NCBI GenBank assembly: GCA_027339965.1
Contig: DAHWNL010000086.1
Coordinates: 1 to 59,932, forward strand
Direction: 5' to 3'
Origin: Granulicella sp.
GTDB lineage: Bacteria > Acidobacteriota > Terriglobia > Terriglobales > Acidobacteriaceae
Length of the DNA stretch: 59,932 nt
Program-made: the position numbers and the translations under genes
Notes under the pieces: model-generated
What the model was told of the DNA's origin: nothing
Databases searched by the model: none
Seen by the model: only the letters and a program-made list of their open reading frames with translations
In this document: positions 51,858-59,932 of the stretch, one piece after another
Layout: every line of letters begins with the position of its first letter
How positions within the stretch are numbered: position 1 is the stretch's first letter

Positions 51858-53390
51858 TCACGCTTTGACCGGAACATCTTCATCCTCAAAAGACCGCAGT
51901 TGTCCACGGTCAGGCGGCGCCGTCATCAAGCTGGTCACAAAAAGGCTCAGCAGCGAGACGATCAGTGCGGGCACGATCGCATCGGTTGCCGCCAATCCTG
52001 CGGGAAGGTGCGGCGTCATCCAGTCCCAGCTCATCGTGATCACAGTGCCTGCCGCGATGCTGGCCACAGCTCCCTTGCCCGTAGCCCGCGGCCAGAAAAA
52101 AGCCGCCAGAATCACGGGGGTCAGGGCCGCAGAGTAGATCGTATACGCGTAGAGCGACTTCTGCAGCACGGAGCTGGTGCCCAACGACTGAAAGAGCGCC
52201 CAGGCCCCCAGAACTCCCACCGTCAGGCGGCTCACCAGCAACACCTCACGGTTGCCCGCTTGGGGCCTCAAATAGCGCACAAAGAGATCGTTGACCAGAT
52301 TGGTCGCGGGTGAAAACAGATAGTTGTTCGCAGTGGATACGACCTTGGCGAAGATCGCCCCTACCAGCAGAGCTCCCAGGAGTGCCAGAAAGTTTGATCC
52401 AGACCAGGCTCCGCTCCAGCCACCAAAGGCATGAATCGCAGTATAGGCCAGAACCTCGCGCGGCCGAGCCTGCACCTCCCCGCTCTTGAACAGCGCTGAG
52501 CCTACCACCGCGATCGCCACGATGATCGACTCCAGAATCACCGTGCCGATGATCCATCCCACGGTGGCCCGCCGCGCCGCCTGCTCGCTTCTGGCTGAAA
52601 AGAACTTCTGATACATGGACTGATTGCCGAGCATCAGCAGGCAGGTGGGCAGAAAAATTGCAAATGCCGACTGCACCTTCTGCGGCGCTGCTCCCGCGAT
52701 GGCCGGCGCAGCGTAGTAGCTGCGAAAGGGGCGCAGGTCGCCAAACACCTGGAAGTGGGATGCCGGCAGAGCTGCCCGAACCTGGCTCCAGCCGCCGCCA
52801 AGGTGAATCAGCACGGGCAGAGCGGCGATCATGGTGAACGTCGCCAGCAGGCCGATCACCACGTCCATGTAGGCCACCGAACTCATCCCTGCAATCGCCG
52901 TGAATAGGGTGACAAAGCACGCCAGAATCACCTGCCCACTGCGAGCCGTAACCTGGGGAAAGATCATGTGAAGAATATCTCCGCCCCCGATGAACTGGTA
53001 ACTGGTAATGGCGGTATAGGTGAACAGAACAGCGATCACACCCAATACTCGCGCCGTCTGGTTATAGCGCAACTCCAGGAGGTCGGGGATCGTGAACTGC
53101 GCGAACTTTCTCGCTCGTGGCGCGATGAAGTAGATCAGCAACAAGCCGGCCCACCCACCGCCCGCTTGCCACAAAGCGGCAAAGCCATGCTTGTAGGCAT
53201 TCTCTGCTCCGCCCAGCAGCGAGCCTGACCCAATCCAGCTCGAAAGCAAGGTGAACACCAGCACAAAGGCTGAGAGTGAACGCCCTGCGACCAGATAGTC
53301 CGCCTTGGTCTTCACGCTGCCCAGCCTGGCCAGCGACACGCTCAACAACGTCAAGACGATCAAGCCGAGAACGATGGCGTAGAGGAGCAT
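51858..53390 (-). CDS. sodium:solute symporter family transporter
   Basis: DYLVAGRSL, TIPDLLELRY and YQKFFSA motifs; about 13 TM segments. Confidence 0.93.
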   Translation of the reverse strand: MLLYAIVLGLIVLTLLSVSLARLGSVKTKADYLVAGRSLSAFVLVFTLLSSWIGSGSLLGGAENAYKHGFAALWQAGGGWAGLLLIYFIAPRARKFAQFTIPDLLELRYNQTARVLGVIAVLFTYTAITSYQFIGGGDILHMIFPQVTARSGQVILACFVTLFTAIAGMSSVAYMDVVIGLLATFTMIAALPVLIHLGGGWSQVRAALPASHFQVFGDLRPFRSYYAAPAIAGAAPQKVQSAFAIFLPTCLLMLGNQSMYQKFFSARSEQAARRATVGWIIGTVILESIIVAIAVVGSALFKSGEVQARPREVLAYTAIHAFGGWSGAWSGSNFLALLGALLVGAIFAKVVSTANNYLFSPATNLVNDLFVRYLRPQAGNREVLLVSRLTVGVLGAWALFQSLGTSSVLQKSLYAYTIYSAALTPVILAAFFWPRATGKGAVASIAAGTVITMSWDWMTPHLPAGLAATDAIVPALIVSLLSLFVTSLMTAPPDRGQLRSFEDEDVPVKA

Positions 53391-53596
53391 GAGTGGGATA
53401 ATTTTATCTGAGGCCGGATTGGGTCGGTTTGGAGCCTGGCTCAGGGATTGCTATACTTGAGATTCGACGTTCTCGAAGGCCTCGCCGAACGGCGGGACCA
53501 CGGTTCCCTTCCACCCAGGCAGGCGAAGCTGAGACGCAGGAGCCCGGCAGACGAACTTGGCTGTCAGCAGGGCAGGTTTGTGCATGGCAGTGCCAA

Positions 53597-53671
53597 GGCC
53601 AGATAGCTCAGTGGTAGAGCGCGGCCCTGAAAAGGCCGGCGTCGGCGGTTCGATCCCGTCTCTGGCCACCA
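53597..53671 (+). tRNA. tRNA-Phe (GAA)
   Basis: Acceptor stem GGCCAGA/TCTGGCC, encoded CCA, anticodon arm CGGCC-CTGAAAA-GGCCG, GGTTCGATCC T-arm; TGcTATACT extended -10 about 140 nt upstream. Confidence 0.98.
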
Positions 53672-54677
53672 CCTCCCAAAATTCAAGCAGTTCCAGACAG
53701 AGGGGCGACGAGAGGGTTTAACGCTTCAAGCAACCGCGTCTGCGATCATACGCCGAAGAGCGAAAGCGGTGCTTGTGGCCAACACGAACCGCACGAGGTT
53801 TCGATCGACCCGAATGCGAAGCAACCGGGGCCAAGCGCCCTGAAGCCTCTTCTGAGGCTCGGCCCCTATCACCATTCCGATCCATCTTTTCCCGCTTCTT
53901 GAGCCAGGCCCAGAGCAGAGTCGTCCTCACCCTGGACAGTTTGCTGATGCGCCACGCTGAGACGATGAAGAATAACAATGACTTGCGAAAGGTGAGGAGA
54001 GCATGGCCTTGCCGCGTCTGCCCTACGACCGGCTGAAGCTTTGCCCGGCTCTGCCGGAAGCCGCTCGCCGGGAGCGCTCGATCTCCAAGGTAGCGCTCGA
54101 TCTCCAAGATGCCGTGCCGAATCACCCCGAAGCCCAGTCGCCCGTGGACGCATCGCAAAGGATTGTCAAGCGCCGAACCTTGATTCCAGCGATGGATTGA
54201 GACTGCCGGAGAACTGATTTGGCGCTACGAAAGCTTAGAAACTGGCCGGATTCGCCATGCTTCCTTCATCGGCACGTCTGGCGTTGCATCTTCCAACGGA
54301 GAGAGCATCGGAAGGAGGGAACTGTCTTGCTCCATGGCTGATCCTCACTCCACTTTCGGCGCCGGCGAGGGAATCCTGGGGGGAATGCGGCTGTACCTCC
54401 ACCCACGGGAAAACCCGACCCTATAAAAGTCGCTCTAATAAACTATTCATGTGCCGCATCCCCTCGCCCCTTCCGCGTGCGGCTGGCATCAAGCCAAGCG
54501 GCTGGTCCCTCCCCGGGGAAGCGCTGCGTTGGTTGCAGAGCGGGGGTGGCACAATGCAAGACTTCCCGGAAAGTCGGGCTCCGGCGGGCATCCATCTTTG
54601 GGCGCGGCCCGAACAGGGGATCTCTCGGATGGAGGAACTGCTGTTTGAGAAGAGATGATTTGACGCAAAGACCGATC

Positions 54678-55703
54678 ATGGGGAAGGTGCTGGTGGTGCT
54701 TCTCTGCCTCACGATGACGTGTCTCTCGGCTCATGCGGCCGTGGCTCTGTTGATGGAAGAACCTTATGGATTCTTCGGAGCAGTCAACCCGACCGGACAC
54801 GCGGCAATCTATCTCAATCATGTCTGCGCGGAGACTCCCCTCCAGCTTCGGCCTTGCCATGATGGCGAGTATGGCGTGGTCATCAGCCGTTATCACAAGA
54901 TCGACGGCTATGACTGGATCGCCATCCCCTTGCTGGGCTACCTCTACTCGGTCGATCACCTGGACCAGATCCCGGCAACCGCGAATCGCGCACAGATGTT
55001 GACCCTCCAGAATGCCTATCGCAGAGAGCACCTGCTGAAGCTCGCTCCAGATCATCAGGGCCATGCTCCCGGGGGCGAGTGGGTCCAGTTGGTTGGCGAG
55101 TCTTATCTGCGAACCATCTACGGCTTCCAGTTTGACAGTACGCCGGAAGAGGACGAGAGGTTTATCGCGCTCTTCAATGACCGCAGAAATATTGGACACT
55201 TCAATCTTTTCTTTCACAACTGCGCGGACTTCTCGCGTGTCGTGCTGAATACCTACATGCCGCGCTCGGTCCATCGCAACTTCATCGCCGATATCGGGCT
55301 GATGACCCCTAAGCAGGTGGCGCGGTCTCTGATGGAGTACGACCGGAAGAATCCTCAGCTTCGCCTTCAGGTATTTGTCATTCCGCAGGTACCCGGGACG
55401 ATTCCCCGCAGCCACCCCGTGGATGGCGTGGCCGAGTCGCTGGTCAAGAGCAAGAAGTACATCATCCCTCTGGCGGTCCTGAACCCCGAGCTAGCCGGCG
55501 GAGCGGTGGTGGCGTACCTGGCCGATGGGCGCATGCAGTTGCCCGCCGGTGCCACGGTCTTTCACCCCGCCGACGAGAGAGTGAGCGGAGTGCCGGACCC
55601 TCCCGCAAGGCCGCCGCTGGTGACGGCTTTGCCTGAGGTGACCGCCGAGACGGCCTATCAGGCTGGCAATTCTCTCTGGACGAGCGGCTTCGCGCTGCCT
55701 TGA
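54678..55703 (+). CDS. secreted hypothetical protein, possible permuted papain-like (His...Asn-Cys) hydrolase
   Basis: Signal peptide; TGHAAIYL near the N-terminus and FNLFFHNCADF later. Confidence 0.75.
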   Translation: MGKVLVVLLCLTMTCLSAHAAVALLMEEPYGFFGAVNPTGHAAIYLNHVCAETPLQLRPCHDGEYGVVISRYHKIDGYDWIAIPLLGYLYSVDHLDQIPATANRAQMLTLQNAYRREHLLKLAPDHQGHAPGGEWVQLVGESYLRTIYGFQFDSTPEEDERFIALFNDRRNIGHFNLFFHNCADFSRVVLNTYMPRSVHRNFIADIGLMTPKQVARSLMEYDRKNPQLRLQVFVIPQVPGTIPRSHPVDGVAESLVKSKKYIIPLAVLNPELAGGAVVAYLADGRMQLPAGATVFHPADERVSGVPDPPARPPLVTALPEVTAETAYQAGNSLWTSGFALP

Positions 55704-56104
55704 TGCGGACAGGGGAGAGGATACTGACAGTCGCGCCGGCGTAATGCAAACGACGCAGCATCTTTTCAGGCGGCGAGCACTGATCCGGCAGCGAATGGAG
55801 ACGCTTGTCCTGTCCGGACTCCTCCGGGCCAGGCGCTGATTTTCGGCAGCCGCGCCGATCTCGTCTGCCGGTATTCCAGCCTCGCTCGGCGTGAGCTCAG
55901 CCATCCCTCTCAGCCCGATGGCTGAGCTTTCAGATCCCGTCCGGCCTCTCCTTGCGGGGAAACTGCCCTAGAATGCTCTCCAGGGGGCTTGCGCGGAAGC
56001 TGCTGGCCTGGAGGGGTTGAAACTGAGGGATGGCCGCCGGAGAGTCTGATCTGTGCCGGTCCTCGCTCCGAACTGTCCCCTCCATGATCACGAGGACGAG
56101 CCAG

Positions 56105-56959
56105 ATGGACCTCAAAGCGAAATCGCAGATGCTGCAATCCAGGCTGGGAGAGCTGGCGTCTCTTCTGGTGGCCTACTCCGGAGGGACGGACTCGGCTTAT
56201 CTGGCCTTCGCCGCGCACCAGGTCCTGGGCCAGCGCATGCTAGCGGTGATTGCAGACTCACCATCCCTTCCCCGCCGCGAGCTGGAAGACGCCCTGGCCT
56301 TTGCCCGGCATCATGGGATTCCAGTCCAGTCCCTCAAGACCGGCGAGATGGAAGATCCGGCCTATACCCGCAATGACACGCAGCGCTGCTTCCGCTGCAA
56401 GAGCGAGTTGTTTACCCAGATGGAGGAGGCGCGCCGGCAGATGGGATTCCACCACCTGGCCTATGGCATGAACCTGGATGATTGCGGCGAGTTCCGGCCC
56501 GGCCGGCGGGCCGCCGAGGCCTTTGGAGTCCTGGCTCCGTTGGCGGAGGCTGAACTGCGCAAGGCGGATATTCGAATCCTGGCGCGGCAGGCCGGGCTGG
56601 AGATCGCCGACAAGCCAGCCAGCGCCTGTCTGTCCTCGCGCATCGAATATGGCCGCGCCGTCACTGCGGAGAATCTTGCTCAGGTGGAGCGCGCCGAGGG
56701 GGCTTTGCACGCCCTGGGGTTTGCTCAGGTGAGGGTTCGCCATCACGGCCCGCTGGCGCGTGTGGAGATCGCGCGCCTGGATCTTCCCCGAGCCTTGTCG
56801 CTCTCTGTGCTGGATGACATTACCGAAGCGGTGCGCAGCGCAGGCTTCCTCTACGTCACCCTGGATACCCAGGGCTATCGTTCCGGGTCGATGAACGATG
56901 TGCTGCTGGTCTCCGCCCTCGCCACGCCGGCAAGGACGACGCCCGAAGAACCGCTATAG
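56105..56959 (+). CDS. larE: ATP-dependent sulfur transferase LarE
   Basis: AYSGGTDS PP-loop; CFRCK, RPGRRAA, SACLSSR and GYRSGSMN motifs. Confidence 0.93.
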   Translation: MDLKAKSQMLQSRLGELASLLVAYSGGTDSAYLAFAAHQVLGQRMLAVIADSPSLPRRELEDALAFARHHGIPVQSLKTGEMEDPAYTRNDTQRCFRCKSELFTQMEEARRQMGFHHLAYGMNLDDCGEFRPGRRAAEAFGVLAPLAEAELRKADIRILARQAGLEIADKPASACLSSRIEYGRAVTAENLAQVERAEGALHALGFAQVRVRHHGPLARVEIARLDLPRALSLSVLDDITEAVRSAGFLYVTLDTQGYRSGSMNDVLLVSALATPARTTPEEPL

Positions 56960-57018
56960 TGAGGAGAGCACGCCGGAGCGGCGGAGAAGATCACCGCACC
57001 ACCCGTGAGAGAGAGTTC

Positions 57019-58485
57019 ATGCGGATTGCATATCTTGATTGTTTCGCCGGCATCTCCGGCGATATGTTTCTGGGCGCGCTGCTGGACGCGGGTGCTCCGG
57101 CCGAGGCTCTGGAGCAGGCGGTTGCGGCTCTAGACATCGGGGCCAGTCTCCGCATCGAGCGAGTGGATCGAAGCGGGATCTCTTGCACCCGGGTACGCGT
57201 GCTGGAGGGGGGGCAGCCGGTCGAACCCAGTGAGCCTCTCCCTGAACAAGCTGACTCCGTTGCGCACATCCAACCCCATGCGCATCCTCACCCCCATGCC
57301 CACTCCCACAGCGACACTTCTGCGCATGATCACGCTCACGCTGCGCAGCGTACTCCAGCCGGCGGCTCCGCGCCAGATCACTCGCATGCTCATGGACACT
57401 CACATGCTCATGGACGCTCGCTGAGAGTGATTCGCGATCTGATCCAGCGATCTCCGCTGACCAAGCCGGTGCAGCTTCGGGCGGTACGCGCCTTCGAGCT
57501 GCTCGCGGCCTCTGAGTCCAGGATTCACAACGTCGGCCTGGAAGAGATTCACTTTCATGAGGTGGGCGCGGTCGATGCGATCGCCGACATCGTCGCCTGC
57601 TGTGCTGGGATCGAAGCTCTGCAGATCGATGCCTGGTACTGCTCGGATCTCAACGTGGGCTCTGGGACCGTGATGTGCGCTCACGGAAGATTCCCGGTTC
57701 CAGCGCCGGCCACGGCGGATCTGCTGCGCGGCCTCCCGACCTACTCCGCCCACGTACAGCAGGAGATGGTGACCCCGACCGGTGCGGCATTACTGCGGAC
57801 CCTGGAGCCCGTCTTTGGAGAGCAACCTCGCATGCGGGTGTCGCAGATTGGTTACGGCGCCGGCTCACGCAATCCCGCAAAGTTTCCCAATGTGCTCCGC
57901 CTCAGCCTGGGTGAGGCTGCCGAACCCCACATGCCGCGGGACGCCACAATCCAAACAGCTTCGCACCGCGCCGACGTCAGCGTCCTGGAGACCGCCCTCG
58001 ACGATCTCTCTCCGCAGATCCTCTCCTGGGTAGCCGAGTCGGCGCTGGCCGCTGGAGCGCTCGATGTGATGCTGACCCCGGTCATCATGAAAAAGGGAAG
58101 GCCCGGCACTCTGCTCACCGTGCTGTGCCGCCCGGAGCAGAGCCAGGCCTTGGAACAGTTGCTGCTCCGCCAGACCAGCACCCTGGGGGTGCGCGTACGC
58201 CAGGACCAGAGGCTGAGCCTGGAACGGCGCCACATTGCCGTGTCCACACCCTACGGCGAGATCCGCATCAAGGTGGGGGAGCAGGCGGGCGAGGAGCTGA
58301 ACGCAGCCCCGGAGTTTGAGGACTGCCGCGCAGCGGCCGAGCGTTGCCAGGCTCCGCTGAAGATCGTGCAGCAGGCTGCCATCGCCGCCTATGTCGAGCG
58401 GATGCGCTCCCCGCAGGCTCCCAGCGATCCCAGCATGACCAGCGCTGCGAACCGGACTCAGCCGGGAGGCAACTCCGGCCTATGA
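57019..58485 (+). CDS. larC: nickel insertion protein LarC (single fused ORF, His-rich insert)
   Basis: [40 protein letters not shown] and PEFEDC motifs. Confidence 0.95.
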   Translation: MRIAYLDCFAGISGDMFLGALLDAGAPAEALEQAVAALDIGASLRIERVDRSGISCTRVRVLEGGQPVEPSEPLPEQADSVAHIQPHAHPHPHAHSHSDTSAHDHAHAAQRTPAGGSAPDHSHAHGHSHAHGRSLRVIRDLIQRSPLTKPVQLRAVRAFELLAASESRIHNVGLEEIHFHEVGAVDAIADIVACCAGIEALQIDAWYCSDLNVGSGTVMCAHGRFPVPAPATADLLRGLPTYSAHVQQEMVTPTGAALLRTLEPVFGEQPRMRVSQIGYGAGSRNPAKFPNVLRLSLGEAAEPHMPRDATIQTASHRADVSVLETALDDLSPQILSWVAESALAAGALDVMLTPVIMKKGRPGTLLTVLCRPEQSQALEQLLLRQTSTLGVRVRQDQRLSLERRHIAVSTPYGEIRIKVGEQAGEELNAAPEFEDCRAAAERCQAPLKIVQQAAIAAYVERMRSPQAPSDPSMTSAANRTQPGGNSGL

Positions 58486-59285
58486 CTCCCGTGGCGTTGT
58501 TGCAGCTTCTTTCTGCCGTGGAACGCGGCGAGGTCTCCTCCGCCGATGCCGCGCAGCGTCTCTCCCGGCTTCCGTTTGAAGATCTGGGCGACGCGCGCGT
58601 CGATCATCATCGCAGCCTGCGCAGCGGGCTCCCGGAGGTGATCTTTGCCCAGGGCAAGACCCGGGAGCAGACCGTGGCCATCTTCCAAAGCCTGCTCGGC
58701 GACGGCGTGGATGTGCTGGCCACTCGCGTGGATCCTGAAACGGCGAGGGAGCTGATCGGCAGATTTCCGGGCGCGGTACATCATCCCGCGGCGCGCGCCG
58801 TCAGCCTTCGTCAGACCGCAGCGCCCGCGGCGGATGCCGAGCGCGGCAAGGCCGGCGCGGGTAGCATCGCCGTCGTCTGCGCTGGAACCAGCGATCTGCC
58901 GGTAGGGGAGGAGGCGGCCGTCACGGCGGAGACCTTCGGGGCGCGTGTGGCCCGCATCTATGATGTCGGCGTGGCCGGCCTGCACCGCCTGCTGGCCGCG
59001 CGCGAGAGTCTGCTGTCCGCCGATGTGGTGGTGGTCTGTGCCGGCATGGAGGGTGCGCTGCCCTCGGTGGTGGGCGGCTTGGTGGGGGTACCCGTGATCG
59101 CGGTGCCGACCTCGGTCGGATACGGCGGATCCTTCGGTGGCGCCACGGCGCTGCTGGGGATGCTGAACTCCTGCAGTCCGAATGTGGTGGTGGTGAACAT
59201 CGATAACGGCTTTGGCGCCGCCTACAGCGCCGTGCTCATGGCGCGCGGGGCGCAGGCCCGGGCAGGATCTCCTTATCGGGGATGA
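58482..59285 (+). CDS. larB: NPN biosynthesis carboxylase/hydrolase LarB
   Basis: ATGA overlap with lar[36 protein letters not shown] and VNIDNGFGA motifs. Confidence 0.95.
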   Translation: MTPVALLQLLSAVERGEVSSADAAQRLSRLPFEDLGDARVDHHRSLRSGLPEVIFAQGKTREQTVAIFQSLLGDGVDVLATRVDPETARELIGRFPGAVHHPAARAVSLRQTAAPAADAERGKAGAGSIAVVCAGTSDLPVGEEAAVTAETFGARVARIYDVGVAGLHRLLAARESLLSADVVVVCAGMEGALPSVVGGLVGVPVIAVPTSVGYGGSFGGATALLGMLNSCSPNVVVVNIDNGFGAAYSAVLMARGAQARAGSPYRG

Positions 59286-59790
59286 GCTTTGGAGCGGCTA
59301 CCCGGCATGGCAGCAGGTGAACGCCGCCGGCGCCCCAAGCTCAAGACGATGCGGCGGGATGCGTCCACGCTGGAAGAGCCGCGCAAGCCCCACCCCATAG
59401 GCCGCACAGTGGATGGGTGAGCCGAACAAGCCATCGAGCGCCTGGCATCGCACCGTTGCCTGCAACGTGATTCTGCTGGCCTGCAATACCGGCAGGAGGC
59501 CAGCAGCGATGAAGGATCTCCGCTGACGCCGCATCATGCCTGCCAACGATCGCGAGGGCCGCGAGATCGTTGTCTTGTTCGTGCGGGGTAAAGGCGAATC
59601 CGCAAGCGGGTCGCGCCCAAGGGCGCCGGAGATGATCTGGAACGCATCCACGCAATCTCCAAAGCCACGCAGCGGGAGAATAAAGTCCTTACCAACATCA
59701 CGGGCAGGCCCGCAAAGGCTCTCTACAACTCCCTGATGGCCTTCCTCAACCGCGCCGCCGAGGTTCCCCGAATGTCCCTTCTTCTAATCT
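59282..59790 (+). pseudogene. decayed tyrosine recombinase/integrase fragment
   Basis: Joined across frames: PKLKTMRRDASTLEE / WHRTVACNVILLACNTGRRPAAMKDLR*RRI...EIVVLFVRGKG / RKRVAPK...LERIHAISKAT. TGA at 59524-59526; frameshifts near 59400 and 59600. Confidence 0.65.
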
Positions 59791-59792
59791 TC

Positions 59793-59932
59793 TAAGGGCC
59801 TGTTTACGATCTCTTGAGCAGGAGCCTGAGGAATGCCAGGTGGACCATTTGCAGGCTGGTGTTCAGTTTGCGCTCGCAGTTCTTCCATAGCCGGCGGCAT
59901 TTTCCCAGCCAGGCGAAGCTGCGTTGGACGAT
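59793..59932 (-). mobile_element. right end of an IS5-family element (transposase C-terminus, terminal IR, TAA target)
   Basis: IVQRSFAWLGKCRRLWKNCERKLNTSLQMVHLAFLRLLLKRS* (stop at 59804-59806); end sequence TAA-GGGCCTGTTTACGA. Confidence 0.88.

Overview
GC-rich bacterial chromosomal window; gene content and protein style suggest Acidobacteriota (Terriglobia-like), which is an inference. It is bounded by IS remnants: an IS630-type 3' end at the left, and at the right a decayed tyrosine integrase next to an IS5-family end. Most of the window is core or metabolic: lepA, skp, rplU-rpmA, rpsU, prmC, tgt, dut, tRNA-Phe, an MltD-like transglycosylase, prpBCD, GH51, yiaK, glutaryl-CoA dehydrogenase, a class III aminotransferase plus an ALDH7 gene interrupted by an in-frame TGA, and larE-larC-larB. 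The most striking unexplained signal is the 1.7 kb gap at 3566-5301, which lacks a convincing ORF. It holds a canonical sigma70 promoter followed on the minus strand by about 880 nt of densely base-paired, multi-domain sequence, with long-range helices and G-U wobbles that only pair on the minus strand. This runs into a gene for an Arg-rich disordered protein fused to an atypical receiver domain. Upstream lies a second structured unit of about 215-280 nt behind an exact sigma54 -24/-12 motif. I propose this as a candidate large ncRNA or RNP locus. Further long structured leaders precede the zinc-ribbon gene and the aminotransferase operon. All RNA structures were paired by eye; no folding or database search was run.
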